The notes: a model not told the origin generated them from the letters alone. DNA of 64,000 nucleotides from Lysobacterales bacterium (GCA_038205755.1 JBBRBN010000002.1:14206-78205); one strand, 5' to 3'. Shown: positions 19,617 through 30,076, counted from the stretch's first letter. A program made the numbers and translations.

Positions 19617-21161
19617 ATGAACGCTGTCGCCGCCGCTATATCCGCGCCGTCCAATGCCACGCCGCCGGCCCTGATTCCGCATTTCATCGCCGGTCAGGCG
19701 GTGGTGGGCGGCAGCGGTCGCCACGGCGAGGTATACAACCCGGCGACTGGCGCCCTGACTGGCCGCGTGGCTTTGGCTTCGGCCAGTGAGGTCGCGCAGG
19801 CCGTTGCGGCTGCGCGCGCGGCCTTTCCGGCCTGGGCGGCAACACCGCCGTTGGTCCGGGCGCGGGTCATGTTCCGGTTTCGCGAACTGCTGGAGCGCAA
19901 CGCCGATCAGATCGTCGCGCTGATCAGCGCCGAGCACGGCAAGGTGCTGTCGGATGCGCGCGGCGAGCTGACCCGCGGCATGGAAGTGGTTGAGTTCGCC
20001 TGCGGTATCCCGCAGCTGCTCAAGGGCGAGCAGTCGATCAACGTCGGCACCGGCGTGGATTCCTGGAGCGCCCTGGCGCCGCTTGGCGTGGTGGCCGGCA
20101 TCACGCCGTTCAACTTCCCGGCAATGGTGCCGATGTGGATGTTTCCGGTTGCCATCGCCTGCGGCAATTGCTTCATCCTCAAGCCGTCCGAGCGCGACCC
20201 CTCGGTGGCCAATCTGCTGGCCGAACTGCTGCAGCAGGCCGGACTTCCCAGCGGCGTTTTCAACGTGGTTCACGGCGACAAGGAGGCGGTCGACGCCCTG
20301 CTCGACGCGCCCGACGTGGCCGCGATCAGCTTCGTCGGCTCCACCCCGATTGCCGAATACATCTACGCCCGCGGCAGCGCCAACGGCAAGCGCGTGCAGG
20401 CGCTGGGCGGCGCCAAGAACCATCTGCTGGCGATGCCTGACGCGGATCCCGAGCAGGTTGCTCAAGCCCTGCTTGGCGCGGGCTTCGGCTCCGCCGGCGA
20501 ACGCTGCATGGCGATCTCGGTTGCGGTGTGCGTGGGTGAGCAGACGGCCGACCGGCTGGTCGCTGCGCTGGCGCCGCTGGTCGCCGCCCTGAAGGTTGGG
20601 GCCGGCAACGACCCGACGGCCGAGATGGGTCCATTGGTGACCAGCGCGCATCGCGACAAAGTGCGCGGCTACGTCGATCAGGGCGTGCGCGAAGGCGCCG
20701 AGCTGGTGGTCGACGGTCGCGCGCTGCAGGTCGATGGCCACCCGGACGGATTCTTCCTCGGGCCCTGCCTGTTCGACCGCGTGACCTCGTCAATGCGGAT
20801 CTGGCGCGAAGAGATTTTCGGCCCGGTGCTGTGCGTGGCGCGGGTGCCCGACTTCGAATCGGCGCTGGCCCTGATCGGCGCCCACGAGTACGCCAACGGC
20901 ACCGCGATCTTCACCAACGACGGCGCCGCGGCGCGGACGTTTGCGCAGCGCGCGGAGGTCGGCATGGTGGGCATCAACGTGCCCATTCCGGTGCCGATGG
21001 CGTTCCACAGTTTCGGCGGCTGGAAGCGCTCACTATTCGGACCGCTGCATATGCATGGACCCGATGGCGTACGCTTCTACACCCGCATGAAGACCGTCAC
21101 CGCCCGCTGGCCGGGAGGCGTCCGACAGGTCGCCGAGTTCGTGATGCCAACCATGAAGTAG
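19617..21161 (+). CDS. mmsA: CoA-acylating methylmalonate/malonate-semialdehyde dehydrogenase
   Basis: 514 aa from MNAVAAAIS. MmsA-type ALDH motifs [14 protein letters not shown] and the catalytic Cys in GERCMA are present. The ORF-track extension to 19359 overlaps ald and is rejected. Confidence 0.85.
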   Translation: MNAVAAAISAPSNATPPALIPHFIAGQAVVGGSGRHGEVYNPATGALTGRVALASASEVAQAVAAARAAFPAWAATPPLVRARVMFRFRELLERNADQIVALISAEHGKVLSDARGELTRGMEVVEFACGIPQLLKGEQSINVGTGVDSWSALAPLGVVAGITPFNFPAMVPMWMFPVAIACGNCFILKPSERDPSVANLLAELLQQAGLPSGVFNVVHGDKEAVDALLDAPDVAAISFVGSTPIAEYIYARGSANGKRVQALGGAKNHLLAMPDADPEQVAQALLGAGFGSAGERCMAISVAVCVGEQTADRLVAALAPLVAALKVGAGNDPTAEMGPLVTSAHRDKVRGYVDQGVREGAELVVDGRALQVDGHPDGFFLGPCLFDRVTSSMRIWREEIFGPVLCVARVPDFESALALIGAHEYANGTAIFTNDGAAARTFAQRAEVGMVGINVPIPVPMAFHSFGGWKRSLFGPLHMHGPDGVRFYTRMKTVTARWPGGVRQVAEFVMPTMK

Positions 21162-21268
21162 ACCCTCGCGGCTGATTGCCGCGACCGCCATACCGGTGAC
21201 TCTCGTCCCGGCACCCGTGCTGTCAGCGGTGATGGAATGACGAGTGGACTTCACGCCCGGAGCCCACC

Positions 21269-22252
21269 ATGACCCTGCCGCCCACGCTCGTTGCTCCTCC
21301 GCCCACTGATCTTGCGTTCACCCGCAGCACGCCCTACGGCACGGTTGCCGAGGCGACTTGGTCCGGCGCGCTCAGCTTCATGCGCCGCCGCTACAGCCGG
21401 GCACTCGACGGTGTCGATGTGGCGGTGGTCGGCGCGCCGTTTGACCTCGCCACCACCCATCGCCCCGGCAGCCGGTTCGGGCCGCGCGCGGTGCGCGAGG
21501 CCTCGACCATGCTGGCCTGGGCGCCGCCGGACGGTTGGGACTTCGATCCGTTCGAGCGTCTGGCGGTCATCGACTACGGTGACATCGGCTTTGACAGCGG
21601 ACGGCCGGCCGACATACCGGACGTCCTTTCGGCTGCGTATGCGCCGCTGGTGCAGGCGGGCGTGCTGCCGTTGACGCTGGGCGGCGACCACTTTGTAAGC
21701 TTTCCGGTGCTGCGGGCGCTGGCGGCGCGCGACGGGCCGCTGGCGCTCATTCACTTCGACGCGCATTCCGATACGTGGGCAGATGAGGAAGGCCGGATCG
21801 ATCACGGCACCATGTTCTTTCACGCCGCCCGGCTCGGCTACGTCGATCCGTCCTGCTCGATTCAGCTGGGCATGCGCACGCGCAATCCGCAGACCCATGG
21901 CTATCAGGTGCTGGACGCCCGCTGGATGCACCAGCACGGCATGCCGGCCTGCATCGAGGCGATCCGTGCGCGGGTCGGCCAGCGGCCCTGCTACGTCAGT
22001 TTTGACATCGATTTTCTGGAGCCGGCCTGCGCACCCGGCACCGGTACCCCGGTCATCGGCGGCTTTGGCACGGTGCAGGCGCTGCAGCTGGTGCGCGGCC
22101 TTGCCGGCCTCGATATCCGCGGAATCGACGTGGTCGAAGTGGCGCCAGCCTACGATCACGCGGGCATCACCGCGCTGGCGGCCGCATCGATGGCGCAGGA
22201 GCTGCTGTGCGCGCACGCGGCGCGCTTTCCGGATCGACCGCTTCGCGGTTGA
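21269..22252 (+). CDS. Ureohydrolase of the arginase/agmatinase family (agmatinase / guanidinobutyrase-like)
   Basis: Mn-binding motifs FDAHSDTW, GGDH and SFDIDFLEPAC. The substrate cannot be decided from sequence alone. Confidence 0.8.
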   Translation: MTLPPTLVAPPPTDLAFTRSTPYGTVAEATWSGALSFMRRRYSRALDGVDVAVVGAPFDLATTHRPGSRFGPRAVREASTMLAWAPPDGWDFDPFERLAVIDYGDIGFDSGRPADIPDVLSAAYAPLVQAGVLPLTLGGDHFVSFPVLRALAARDGPLALIHFDAHSDTWADEEGRIDHGTMFFHAARLGYVDPSCSIQLGMRTRNPQTHGYQVLDARWMHQHGMPACIEAIRARVGQRPCYVSFDIDFLEPACAPGTGTPVIGGFGTVQALQLVRGLAGLDIRGIDVVEVAPAYDHAGITALAAASMAQELLCAHAARFPDRPLRG

Positions 22253-22258
22253 CGCGAT

Positions 22259-22425
22259 CTAGCCCGCCTGTTTCATGAATCTCGCGCGCCCTCGCTTGTC
22301 GCTTGACCGCGCAAGGGACTACCTCAGTCGGTCGTATGGCCCGCTACGCCGCTCCTTCGGAAAATCGCCTGTGCGAACAACATCCTGCGCGATCATCGCG
22401 CGAATTCATGAAACATGCGGGCTAG
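22259..22425. mobile_element. MITE-like element copy 3
   Basis: Same TIRs and core. Confidence 0.8.
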
Positions 22426-22450
22426 CAGCGACCGATGCGATACTTCGTCC

Positions 22451-23209
22451 ATGAGCAAGTCTGAAACCACCCCCACGGCCGACTTCGGATACCGCGAGGT
22501 CGGGCGCGACGAGAAAGTCAAGCTGGTCGGCAAGGTGTTCACGTCGGTCGCGCACAACTATGACGTGATGAATGACCTGATGAGCTTCGGCCTGCATCGG
22601 GTCTGGAAGCGCTATTTCGTGGCCACCAGTGGCGTCAAGCGCGGTGACCGCGTGCTGGATCTGGCCGGCGGTACTGGCGACATTGCCGCCTTGCTGCATC
22701 CGCGGGTCGGCGACGCGGGTGAAGTGGTGGTGGGTGATATCAACGCTGAGATGCTCAGCGTCGGTCGTGACCGGCTGACCGACCGTGGGCTGGTCCGCGG
22801 CCTTCGCTGGCTGCGACTGAACGCCGAGGCGCTGCCGTTTCCCGACGCCAGCTTCGATCTGGCAACCATTGCATTTGGACTGCGCAATGTCACCGACAGG
22901 CCGGCCGCGCTGCGTGAGCTACAGCGTGTTCTGAAGGTCGGCGGACGCGCGCTGGTGCTGGAGTTCTCGCAGGTCAAAGCAGCCTGGTTCCGGCCGCTGT
23001 ACGACTTCCATGGCTTCCAGGTGCTGCCGCGGCTTGGCCAGCTGTTTGCCGGGGACGCCGACAGCTATCGCTATCTGGCCGAGTCGATTCGCAAACATCC
23101 GCCGCAGGAGGCGCTGCAGGCGATGATGTCCGAGGCCGGTTTTGCGCGCTGCGACCATCGCAACTTGACTGGCGGAATCGTCGCCATCCATTCAGGCTAT
23201 CGGGTCTGA
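22451..23209 (+). CDS. ubiE: Ubiquinone/menaquinone biosynthesis C-methyltransferase UbiE
   Basis: 252 aa from MSKSETT with SAM motif I LDLAGGTGD and UbiE-specific regions. It is flanked on both sides by MITE copies. Confidence 0.85.
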   Translation: MSKSETTPTADFGYREVGRDEKVKLVGKVFTSVAHNYDVMNDLMSFGLHRVWKRYFVATSGVKRGDRVLDLAGGTGDIAALLHPRVGDAGEVVVGDINAEMLSVGRDRLTDRGLVRGLRWLRLNAEALPFPDASFDLATIAFGLRNVTDRPAALRELQRVLKVGGRALVLEFSQVKAAWFRPLYDFHGFQVLPRLGQLFAGDADSYRYLAESIRKHPPQEALQAMMSEAGFARCDHRNLTGGIVAIHSGYRV

Positions 23210-23265
23210 TTGCGTCTTCGCGAACAGCCCGCAGGACTGGGCACTAGCAGCCCGGCCGACCTAAC

Positions 23266-23427
23266 CCGCATGTTTCATGAACCTCGCGCGCCCTCGCTTG
23301 TCTCTTGATCGCGCAGGAGACTGCCTCAGTCGGTCGTATGGCCCGCTACGCCGCTCCTTCGAAAAATCTCCTGTGCGAACAACATCCTGCGCGATTATCG
23401 CGCGAATTCATGAAACCGGCGGGCTAA
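23266..23427. mobile_element. MITE-like element copy 4
   Basis: Same TIRs and core. Confidence 0.8.
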
Positions 23428-23568
23428 GTCCGGCAGGCTGCTAGCGTCAGAATATTTGTGACAAGCGTCACACTAGCGACGGGCGGCTGCCGGTGCAGCG
23501 CCGTCGGTCCCTCGCACGCCTGTCGATCTGCGATCATCGCGGTTCAAAGGCGGTGACCTGCAGTCCCG

Positions 23569-26136
23569 ATGATCGACTCCCAACTGCTATCTGAGCTTCG
23601 CACAGCGGCGACCCGCCGGCTGCTGCCTGTGCTCGGCCAGGTGATGGAGAAGACCGACGACGCGCTGTTTGACGTTTGGCAGCAGGGCGCCGCCGGCAGC
23701 AGTCAACAGGCGCTGTTTGATGCGCTGCGCGAACTGCGCCGACAGCGCTCGGTGATCGAAGGCGCCGTCGGCGACCGGATCGCCGAAGGCTTCAGTGCGC
23801 TCACCCAGGCGCGACGGCCCCGCGAGGATGAGTTTGCCGATGAGCAGCCCGCCGAACTCGAGCTGGGGCTGCTGGATTCGGACGTGCTTGAGGAGCAATT
23901 GACCTGTGATCGCCTCGCCACGGCGGTCGAGCGTCGGCATGGTGAGGCGCTTGGGCGGCTAGGTCGCGGACTGGCTCAGCTGGTCGGTCAGGCCGAGATC
24001 GCGGCGGCTGATCTGCCGCTCGCGCCGCTCAGGATTGCCCGCGCCTGGCGCGATGCGCTGGCTCCTGTGCTGGAGGCGATCGAATGGCGGCTGGTGGCGC
24101 TCAAACATCTGGAGCGCGGCCTGATCAGTGATCTGGGTGGCGTGGTTGACGAGATGTGCCGACTGCTGCAATCGCGCGGTATCGCGATCGCATTGCCGGT
24201 GCAGCGGCCACGCCGCGCGGCAATGTCGGCCAGCCCGGGACAGGTCCGGCCCGCGCGCGAGGAGGCCGCCTGGGACGAGGGTCATAACCAGGTGCCACCG
24301 CGCGGCGCCAACTCGGAGTTTGGCGCCGAATCGTTTTTCGGTGGCGCATCCATGGGCGGTGGCACTGGTGGAGGAGGAGGCGGCGGTGGTGGTGGCGGTG
24401 GCGGTGGCGGCGGCGAAGGCCCCGATCCGGTCTACGAGGCCATGCGCGAGATGTTCGCCGCCTACTTGGGCAACGTCCGCAACGGCAGCATCAACCCCAA
24501 TCCCGGCGCCGCGGTGGGCAAGCCCGAGCCGGCAGCGCCGCAGACACCCGCCATTGACCCGGCGTCGGCCATTCTGGTGCTCAGCAGGCTGCAGCGACAG
24601 CCGACGCCGGCGCTGCTCGCTGCTGTCGATGATCGCGAGGCCGAGCTCGTGGGACTGCTGCGCAACGAGATCGTGCGCACCGCGGTCGCTCTGGGCCGCG
24701 CTCCGGTCGGCGCGCAGATGGAGCCGCACGACGAGCAGGCGCTGACCATGGTCGGCATGCTGTTCGACACGCTGATGGATCAGGGCCACTTCAGCCGCGA
24801 GGTGCGCGAGCGCCTGGTGCGGCTTTATGTGCCCTACGCCAAGATCGCGCTGCTGGACCGGCGGCTGTTTGCCCACAAGCTGCATCCGGCGCGGCGGCTG
24901 CTCAACCTGCTGGCCGAGGCCTGCGATGGCAACGCGGGCGATGCACCGGCCGAGCGGGAGCTGCTGACCAAGGTCTTCTCGGTCAGCGAACGGCTGATCG
25001 ATGCGTTCGAGGAGGACGTTGCGGTCTTTACCGCAGCCGAGGCCGAGTTCAGCGACTTCCTCAGCCGCCACCGGCGCCGCATCGCACTTGCCGAGCAGCG
25101 TGCCGCCGAGGCCCAGCGCGGCCGCGAGCGTCTCGAGGAAGCGCGGCTGGAGGTGACCCTTGAGCTCGACAGCCTGGTCGGCAAGCGCCAGGTGCCCAAA
25201 CCGATCGGCGAGTTCTTCCGCCGCGATTGGACCCATCACCTGACCATGGTCGCGCTGCGTGACGGGGTTGAATCGGATGCCTTCCGCGACGCCCGCGCGC
25301 CCGGCGTGAAGCTTTGGATGGCGCTGCTCGCCTGCGAGACCGGCAGACTGCCGCCGGTGGATCTGGCCGATCAGCTGCTGCCGGCGCTGCGCAGCTCGGG
25401 ACAAGGCGAAGACGTCGCGCGCGCCAATCTCGCTGATGTGATGGCGGCGCTGCAGACGTCCATTCCAAGGCCACCGGCGCCGACACCGCCGGTACCGAAA
25501 CCGCCGGATGTTCAACCGTTGGCCGATGAGGCACGGCCGGTCCGACCCGCAGCGTCCCCAGTCAGCGCCAGTCCGCGACCGCCGGATCCGTTGGCGGCGA
25601 GACTGCCGACCGGCCCATCCGTCAACGGTCAGGCTTCTGGATCGGTGCCGCCGGTTCGGCCGGCAGCGCCTGCTGGCGCGATTTCACCCGCAGCAGCGGT
25701 GGCGCCGGCAATCGAGCGCGTCGCAGTCGACCCGCCGCCGATATTCGAACTGGTGTCCGCAGCGCCCGAGCCGCCGCCACTGGTCAAGACCTCTGCGGCC
25801 GTGGAGGGCGATATCCGCCTGAATGCCGACACCAGCCTGGCGCTCCCGGAGCTGGTCGAGCAGGTCAAGCAGCTGACGGTCGGGACGTGGGTGGAGTTTG
25901 TCCAGGTCGACGGCTCGATCCAGCCGGCCAAGCTCAGCTGGATCAGCCCAATCTCCTCGCGCATGCTGTTCGTCAACCGCCGCGGTCTGCGCATGTGCAC
26001 GGTGTCGGCCGAAGAGCTGGCCGCCCTGATGGCCGACAACAAGCTTTCCTTGCGAAAAGTGGATGCCGCGTTCGACCGCGCCATGACCCAGGTGCTCGAC
26101 CAGCTGCGCACTGGCGCCGCGCCGGCGCCCACCTGA
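23569..26136 (+). CDS. Large hypothetical protein (possibly DUF1631 family) with internal poly-Gly tract and Pro/Ala-rich linker
   Basis: 855 aa with good GC3 bias. The conserved-looking C-terminus is VGTWVEFVQVDGSIQPAKLSWISPISSRMLFVNRRGLR. The family call is from memory only. Confidence 0.55.
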   Translation: MIDSQLLSELRTAATRRLLPVLGQVMEKTDDALFDVWQQGAAGSSQQALFDALRELRRQRSVIEGAVGDRIAEGFSALTQARRPREDEFADEQPAELELGLLDSDVLEEQLTCDRLATAVERRHGEALGRLGRGLAQLVGQAEIAAADLPLAPLRIARAWRDALAPVLEAIEWRLVALKHLERGLISDLGGVVDEMCRLLQSRGIAIALPVQRPRRAAMSASPGQVRPAREEAAWDEGHNQVPPRGANSEFGAESFFGGASMGGGTGGGGGGGGGGGGGGGGEGPDPVYEAMREMFAAYLGNVRNGSINPNPGAAVGKPEPAAPQTPAIDPASAILVLSRLQRQPTPALLAAVDDREAELVGLLRNEIVRTAVALGRAPVGAQMEPHDEQALTMVGMLFDTLMDQGHFSREVRERLVRLYVPYAKIALLDRRLFAHKLHPARRLLNLLAEACDGNAGDAPAERELLTKVFSVSERLIDAFEEDVAVFTAAEAEFSDFLSRHRRRIALAEQRAAEAQRGRERLEEARLEVTLELDSLVGKRQVPKPIGEFFRRDWTHHLTMVALRDGVESDAFRDARAPGVKLWMALLACETGRLPPVDLADQLLPALRSSGQGEDVARANLADVMAALQTSIPRPPAPTPPVPKPPDVQPLADEARPVRPAASPVSASPRPPDPLAARLPTGPSVNGQASGSVPPVRPAAPAGAISPAAAVAPAIERVAVDPPPIFELVSAAPEPPPLVKTSAAVEGDIRLNADTSLALPELVEQVKQLTVGTWVEFVQVDGSIQPAKLSWISPISSRMLFVNRRGLRMCTVSAEELAALMADNKLSLRKVDAAFDRAMTQVLDQLRTGAAPAPT
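24355..24413 (+). repeat. GGN-codon microsatellite encoding about 20 consecutive glycines inside the 855-aa ORF
   Basis: Seen directly: GGCGGTGGCACTGGTGGAGGAGGAGGCGGCGGTGGTGGTGGCGGTGGCGGTGGCGGCGGC. Confidence 0.8.
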
Positions 26137-26168
26137 GTCCGGCAGGCTGCTGGCCCGCCGCTCACAGT

Positions 26169-27000
26169 TCAGTCGGCGCACACCCGGTACGCCTTGAGCA
26201 GCGAGATGCGCCCCGCGCGTGCCATTGCCAGCGCCGCCTGGGTGATCGAGACCATGCCGTCGGCAAGCGCCTGCCGGTGGATCCGGCCGGCCTCGGCGCC
26301 GGGAACGATCAGCCGGCGCAGGGCCGGCGTGACGCTCAACAATTCGTAGACTGCGCTGCGGCGGAACACCCCGCGGCCACCACAGTTGCTGCAGCCACGA
26401 CCGGCGTGGAACACCTCGTCGGGCAACACGCCGAGCACGTCACGGATGTGCGGCGCGACCACCTCGGGCACCTTGCAGTGCTCGCAGGTCAGCCGCACCA
26501 GTCGCTGGGCCATCACCGCCAGCAGGCTTGCCCGCAGAAGAAAGGCCTCGACCCCGAGATCAAGCAGTCGGGTCACGCTGGTGGCAGCAGTGTTGGTGTG
26601 CAGGGTCGATAGCAGCAGATGAGAAGCGTGCAATTGCCAGGCTGATCGCAGCGCTGGGCGCCTGCACCGGCACCACCCGCTGGCGCGACACGAAGTCGAG
26701 CGCCGCCATCGAAGCGGAGTCGGTCGCGCCTTCGATGGCGACCGCCACGCAGCCACGCAGACTGAGCAGGGCAACCGCGCGCAGCCGCCGCGCCGAGGCC
26801 GCCGGCACCAGCTGCAGCGCCTCGCGGGTCGCTTCGATCTGCTGCAGATTGAGCGAGGGCAGGCCGAGGTCGCAGGCCCGTCCGAAAGCGCTGTCGGCGT
26901 TCTCGCCCAGAGTCTCGCGGGCGCCGGACAGATCGATCCGACGGACCGCGGAAAGCCGATCAGGGTCGCCATCGGCGCAGGCGTTGAGCTGGTCGATCAA
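26169..27000 (-). pseudogene. Remnant of a GspE/PilB-family type II secretion / type IV pilus ATPase; the Walker A/B core is missing
   Basis: Frame 26560..27000 encodes a GspE-N-like domain. Frame 26169..about 26640 encodes the His-box and tetracysteine C-terminus (LSTLHTNTAATSV, CEHCK...CSNCGGRG). Total length is about 277 codons against about 500-570 expected, and the frame shifts between the two parts. Confidence 0.5.
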
Positions 27001-27227
27001 GTTCTGACGGGTTCGAACAACGCAATTTTCTGGCTTGGGATCTGCGGCACGCGCTGAGGTCTCGCGGTTGGGGCGGAGGGGTTCGGATCACGCGGGCTGG
27101 CATTTCCGGCGATACCGGCTGCCGGCGAGATGATCAGAATCAACTTCTGCCCGGGCGCCGCCTGAACTGACGCCTGTGCGGCATGGCGGTAGACTCGGCA
27201 GCCGACCCTGACGACCGGACCGTGACC

Positions 27228-29117
27228 ATGCGCCCGCTTCAATTCCTGCTTGTCCTGTTGCTGCCGATCACCGCGCTTGCTCAGGATGACCGTCGGCTTG
27301 ACGAGCACTCCTATGCCGAGCCCGACAAGGTGGTGATCCGCGATCTCGGCCTGGACCTCAGGATCGACTTCGAACGGAAGGTGTTGCGTGGCAGCGCCGA
27401 TCTCGCGCTTGAGTGGAAGGACAAGAGCCACCGCACGCTCACGCTCGACAGCCGCGATCTGACCATCCAGAAGGTGCTGGGCAAGCACTCCGACGGCGGC
27501 TGGCGTCGACTCGACTGGACGCTTGCCGAGCGCGACCCGATTTTCGGCCAGAAGCTGAGCATAAAGCTGCGTCGACAGTATGCGAGTGTCCGCATCCGCT
27601 ACGAGACCTCACCTGCCGCCTCCGGCCTGCAGTGGCTGCAGCCGGCGCTGACCGCCGGCAAGCGGCAGCCGTTCCTGTTCAGCCAATCGCAGGCGATCCA
27701 CGCGCGCTCGTGGGTGCCGCTGCAGGACACCCCTGGCGTGCGCTACACCTACAGCGCGAACGTCGAAACCGACCCGGGCATCGCCGTCCTGATGAGTGCC
27801 GACAACATCCCCGACGAGCCGCGCGACGGCAAGTACGTATTCCGCATGCGGCAGCCGATCTCGTCGTACCTGATGGCGATCGCGGCCGGTGATCTGGTTT
27901 TCAAGCCGATCTCCGCGCGCGCCGGCGTGTGGGCCGAGCCGGAGACGGTCGACGCCGCGGTGGCCGAGTTCATCGACACCGAAAAGATGATCGAGGTGGC
28001 CGAATCGCTGTACGGCCCGTACCGCTGGGAGCGCTATGACCTGCTGATTCTGCCGCCGTCATTTCCGTTTGGCGGAATGGAAAACCCGCGCCTGTCGTTC
28101 ATCACGCCCACCGTGATCGTCGGCGACAAGAGTCTGGTGGCGCTGATCTCCCACGAGCTGGCCCATTCCTGGTCGGGCAACCTGGTTACCAACGCAAGCT
28201 GGAAGGACATGTGGCTCAACGAGGGCTTCACCAGCTATGTCGAGAACCGCATCATCGAGGCGATTTACGGCGAGCCGCAGGCGGCCATGGAAAACCTGAT
28301 CTCGCAGAACGGGCTGCGCCGCGAGCTGGCGGAACTGGCGCCTGAGCGGCAGCGCCTGCTGCTGCCGGCGATGCCCGGCATCGACCCGGATGAGGCCCTG
28401 ACCGATGTCGCCTACATCAAGGGCCAGTGGTTTCTGATTTTTCTTGAGCAGCGTTTTGGTCGCGACCGGTTTGACGCCTTTCTGCGCCGCTGGTTCGACG
28501 GCTTCGCGTTCCAGGCCGTGAGCAGCAACGACTTTGTCGACTTCCTGCGCGCCGAGCTGCTGCCGCTGGCGCCTGATGCAGTGACCGAGGCCGAGCTGCA
28601 GGACTGGCTGCGCGGTGCCGGCGTGCCGGCGTCGGCGCCGGTCAGCGTCTCGACCCGCTTTGACCAGGTCGACCAGCAGCGCAGCCGCTGGCTGGCACAG
28701 GAGATTGCGGTCAGCGAAATCGCGTCGGACCAGTGGATCACCCAGGAGTGGGTGCACTTTCTCGAAGCGCTGCCCAGCACGCTGTCGGCCGAGCAGCTGG
28801 TTGAGCTGGATGGCCGCTATCGGTTTACCGGCACCGCCAACGGCGAGCTGGCTCAGCGCTGGTATCCGCTGGCCGAGCGCAGCGGCTACTTCGAAGCGCG
28901 CCCGGCCATTGCCGAATTCCTGAAGCGGATTGGCAGGCGCAAGCTGGTGATGCCGATCTACACGGCGCTGGCTGAGACGTCCGATGGTCTCGTCTTTGCT
29001 CGCAAGGTGTTTGCCGAGGCGCGCACTGGCTACCACCCGATCACCACGGGGTCGATTGAAGCGCTGCTTGAAGCCGCCAAGCCGGCGGCCGCCCCGGCAC
29101 CCGCAGAGGAGGTGTGA
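27228..29117 (+). CDS. Secreted M1-family zinc metallopeptidase (aminopeptidase N / leukotriene-A4-hydrolase-like)
   Basis: Signal peptide MRPLQFLLVLLLPITALA; HEXXH motif HELAHSWSGN with downstream WLNEGFTSY; GAMEN-like GGMENP. Confidence 0.85.
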   Translation: MRPLQFLLVLLLPITALAQDDRRLDEHSYAEPDKVVIRDLGLDLRIDFERKVLRGSADLALEWKDKSHRTLTLDSRDLTIQKVLGKHSDGGWRRLDWTLAERDPIFGQKLSIKLRRQYASVRIRYETSPAASGLQWLQPALTAGKRQPFLFSQSQAIHARSWVPLQDTPGVRYTYSANVETDPGIAVLMSADNIPDEPRDGKYVFRMRQPISSYLMAIAAGDLVFKPISARAGVWAEPETVDAAVAEFIDTEKMIEVAESLYGPYRWERYDLLILPPSFPFGGMENPRLSFITPTVIVGDKSLVALISHELAHSWSGNLVTNASWKDMWLNEGFTSYVENRIIEAIYGEPQAAMENLISQNGLRRELAELAPERQRLLLPAMPGIDPDEALTDVAYIKGQWFLIFLEQRFGRDRFDAFLRRWFDGFAFQAVSSNDFVDFLRAELLPLAPDAVTEAELQDWLRGAGVPASAPVSVSTRFDQVDQQRSRWLAQEIAVSEIASDQWITQEWVHFLEALPSTLSAEQLVELDGRYRFTGTANGELAQRWYPLAERSGYFEARPAIAEFLKRIGRRKLVMPIYTALAETSDGLVFARKVFAEARTGYHPITTGSIEALLEAAKPAAAPAPAEEV

Positions 29118-30076
29118 ACCGCCGCAGGCGGGCGCGCCAGCGGCGCCGTCGCTGGCTGAATCTGGCGGTTTGCGCCGGGCTTGCCCTGGCTGCGTTTCTA
29201 CTCGTTGCATTCACGCGCCCCAGCTGGTTTCTGGAGGTCGAATATGCCCGCCTGCGCTGGCTGGGAGGCGCCAGCGAGACGCTGCTTCAGGTCGGCGACC
29301 ATCGGCTGGAAGTGGTCGAGGCTGGCAGCGGCCGCAACGTGGTGCTGCTGCACGGTTTCACCGGCAGCAAGGAGAACTGGCTGCCGGTGTTCGCCGCACT
29401 TGCGCGGAATTACCGGGTGATTGCCCCGGATCTGCCGGGCTGGGGCGGCAGCGAGCGCAAGGTGGGAGTCAACTACGGATTTGCCGACCAGGCGCCGCGG
29501 GTCGCCGAGTTGCTGCGTCAGCTCAGTCCTGCGGGCGCACCGGCGGTGCTGGTCGGGCACTCGATGGGCGGCGGAATCGCTGCCATGGTCGCGGCCCGCT
29601 ACCCCGATCTGGTCGAGCGTCTGGTGCTGGTGGATGCTGCCGGCGTACGTTTTGCGGACAACGACTTTACTCTCGCTATCGGCCGCGGTGAGCATCCGTT
29701 CGAAGTCAACGACCGGGCGAGCCTCGACCGGCAGCTGGCGCTGGTCTTCGACCACCCGCCGTGGGTGCCATGGCCAGCCGACCAAGCGCTGATCGCCCAG
29801 CGGATCGCCGACCAGCCGTTTGAACGCGAGGTGCTGGATCGCATCGCGCGCCGCGATGAAGCCCTGCAGCCCGGCCTTGAAGCCACCGCCATCGTGGCAC
29901 CCACTCTGCTGCTGTGGTGCCGCAACGACCGGATCGTCGATGTCAGCGGTGCCAGGCTGTATGCCGAGCGCATTCCCGTTACCCGCACGGTGCTGCTCGA
30001 TGGCTGCAACCACATGCCGATGATGGAGCAGCCGCAGGCCACGGCGGACGCCCTGCTGCAGTTCATCGGCGACTGA
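29114..30076 (+). CDS. Alpha/beta-hydrolase fold protein with N-terminal membrane anchor
   Basis: HGFTGS oxyanion region, nucleophile elbow GHSMGG and a C-terminal His. The GTG start overlaps the upstream stop. Confidence 0.75.
   Translation: MNRRRRARQRRRRWLNLAVCAGLALAAFLLVAFTRPSWFLEVEYARLRWLGGASETLLQVGDHRLEVVEAGSGRNVVLLHGFTGSKENWLPVFAALARNYRVIAPDLPGWGGSERKVGVNYGFADQAPRVAELLRQLSPAGAPAVLVGHSMGGGIAAMVAARYPDLVERLVLVDAAGVRFADNDFTLAIGRGEHPFEVNDRASLDRQLALVFDHPPWVPWPADQALIAQRIADQPFEREVLDRIARRDEALQPGLEATAIVAPTLLLWCRNDRIVDVSGARLYAERIPVTRTVLLDGCNHMPMMEQPQATADALLQFIGD

Noticed and set aside
26169-27000. Treating 26169-26972 as an intact 267-aa gene
   Set aside because: Only the C-terminal about 150 residues resemble GspE/PilB. 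The N-terminal part of that frame is nonsense. The real GspE-N similarity is in a different frame (26560-27000). It was therefore called a pseudogene.
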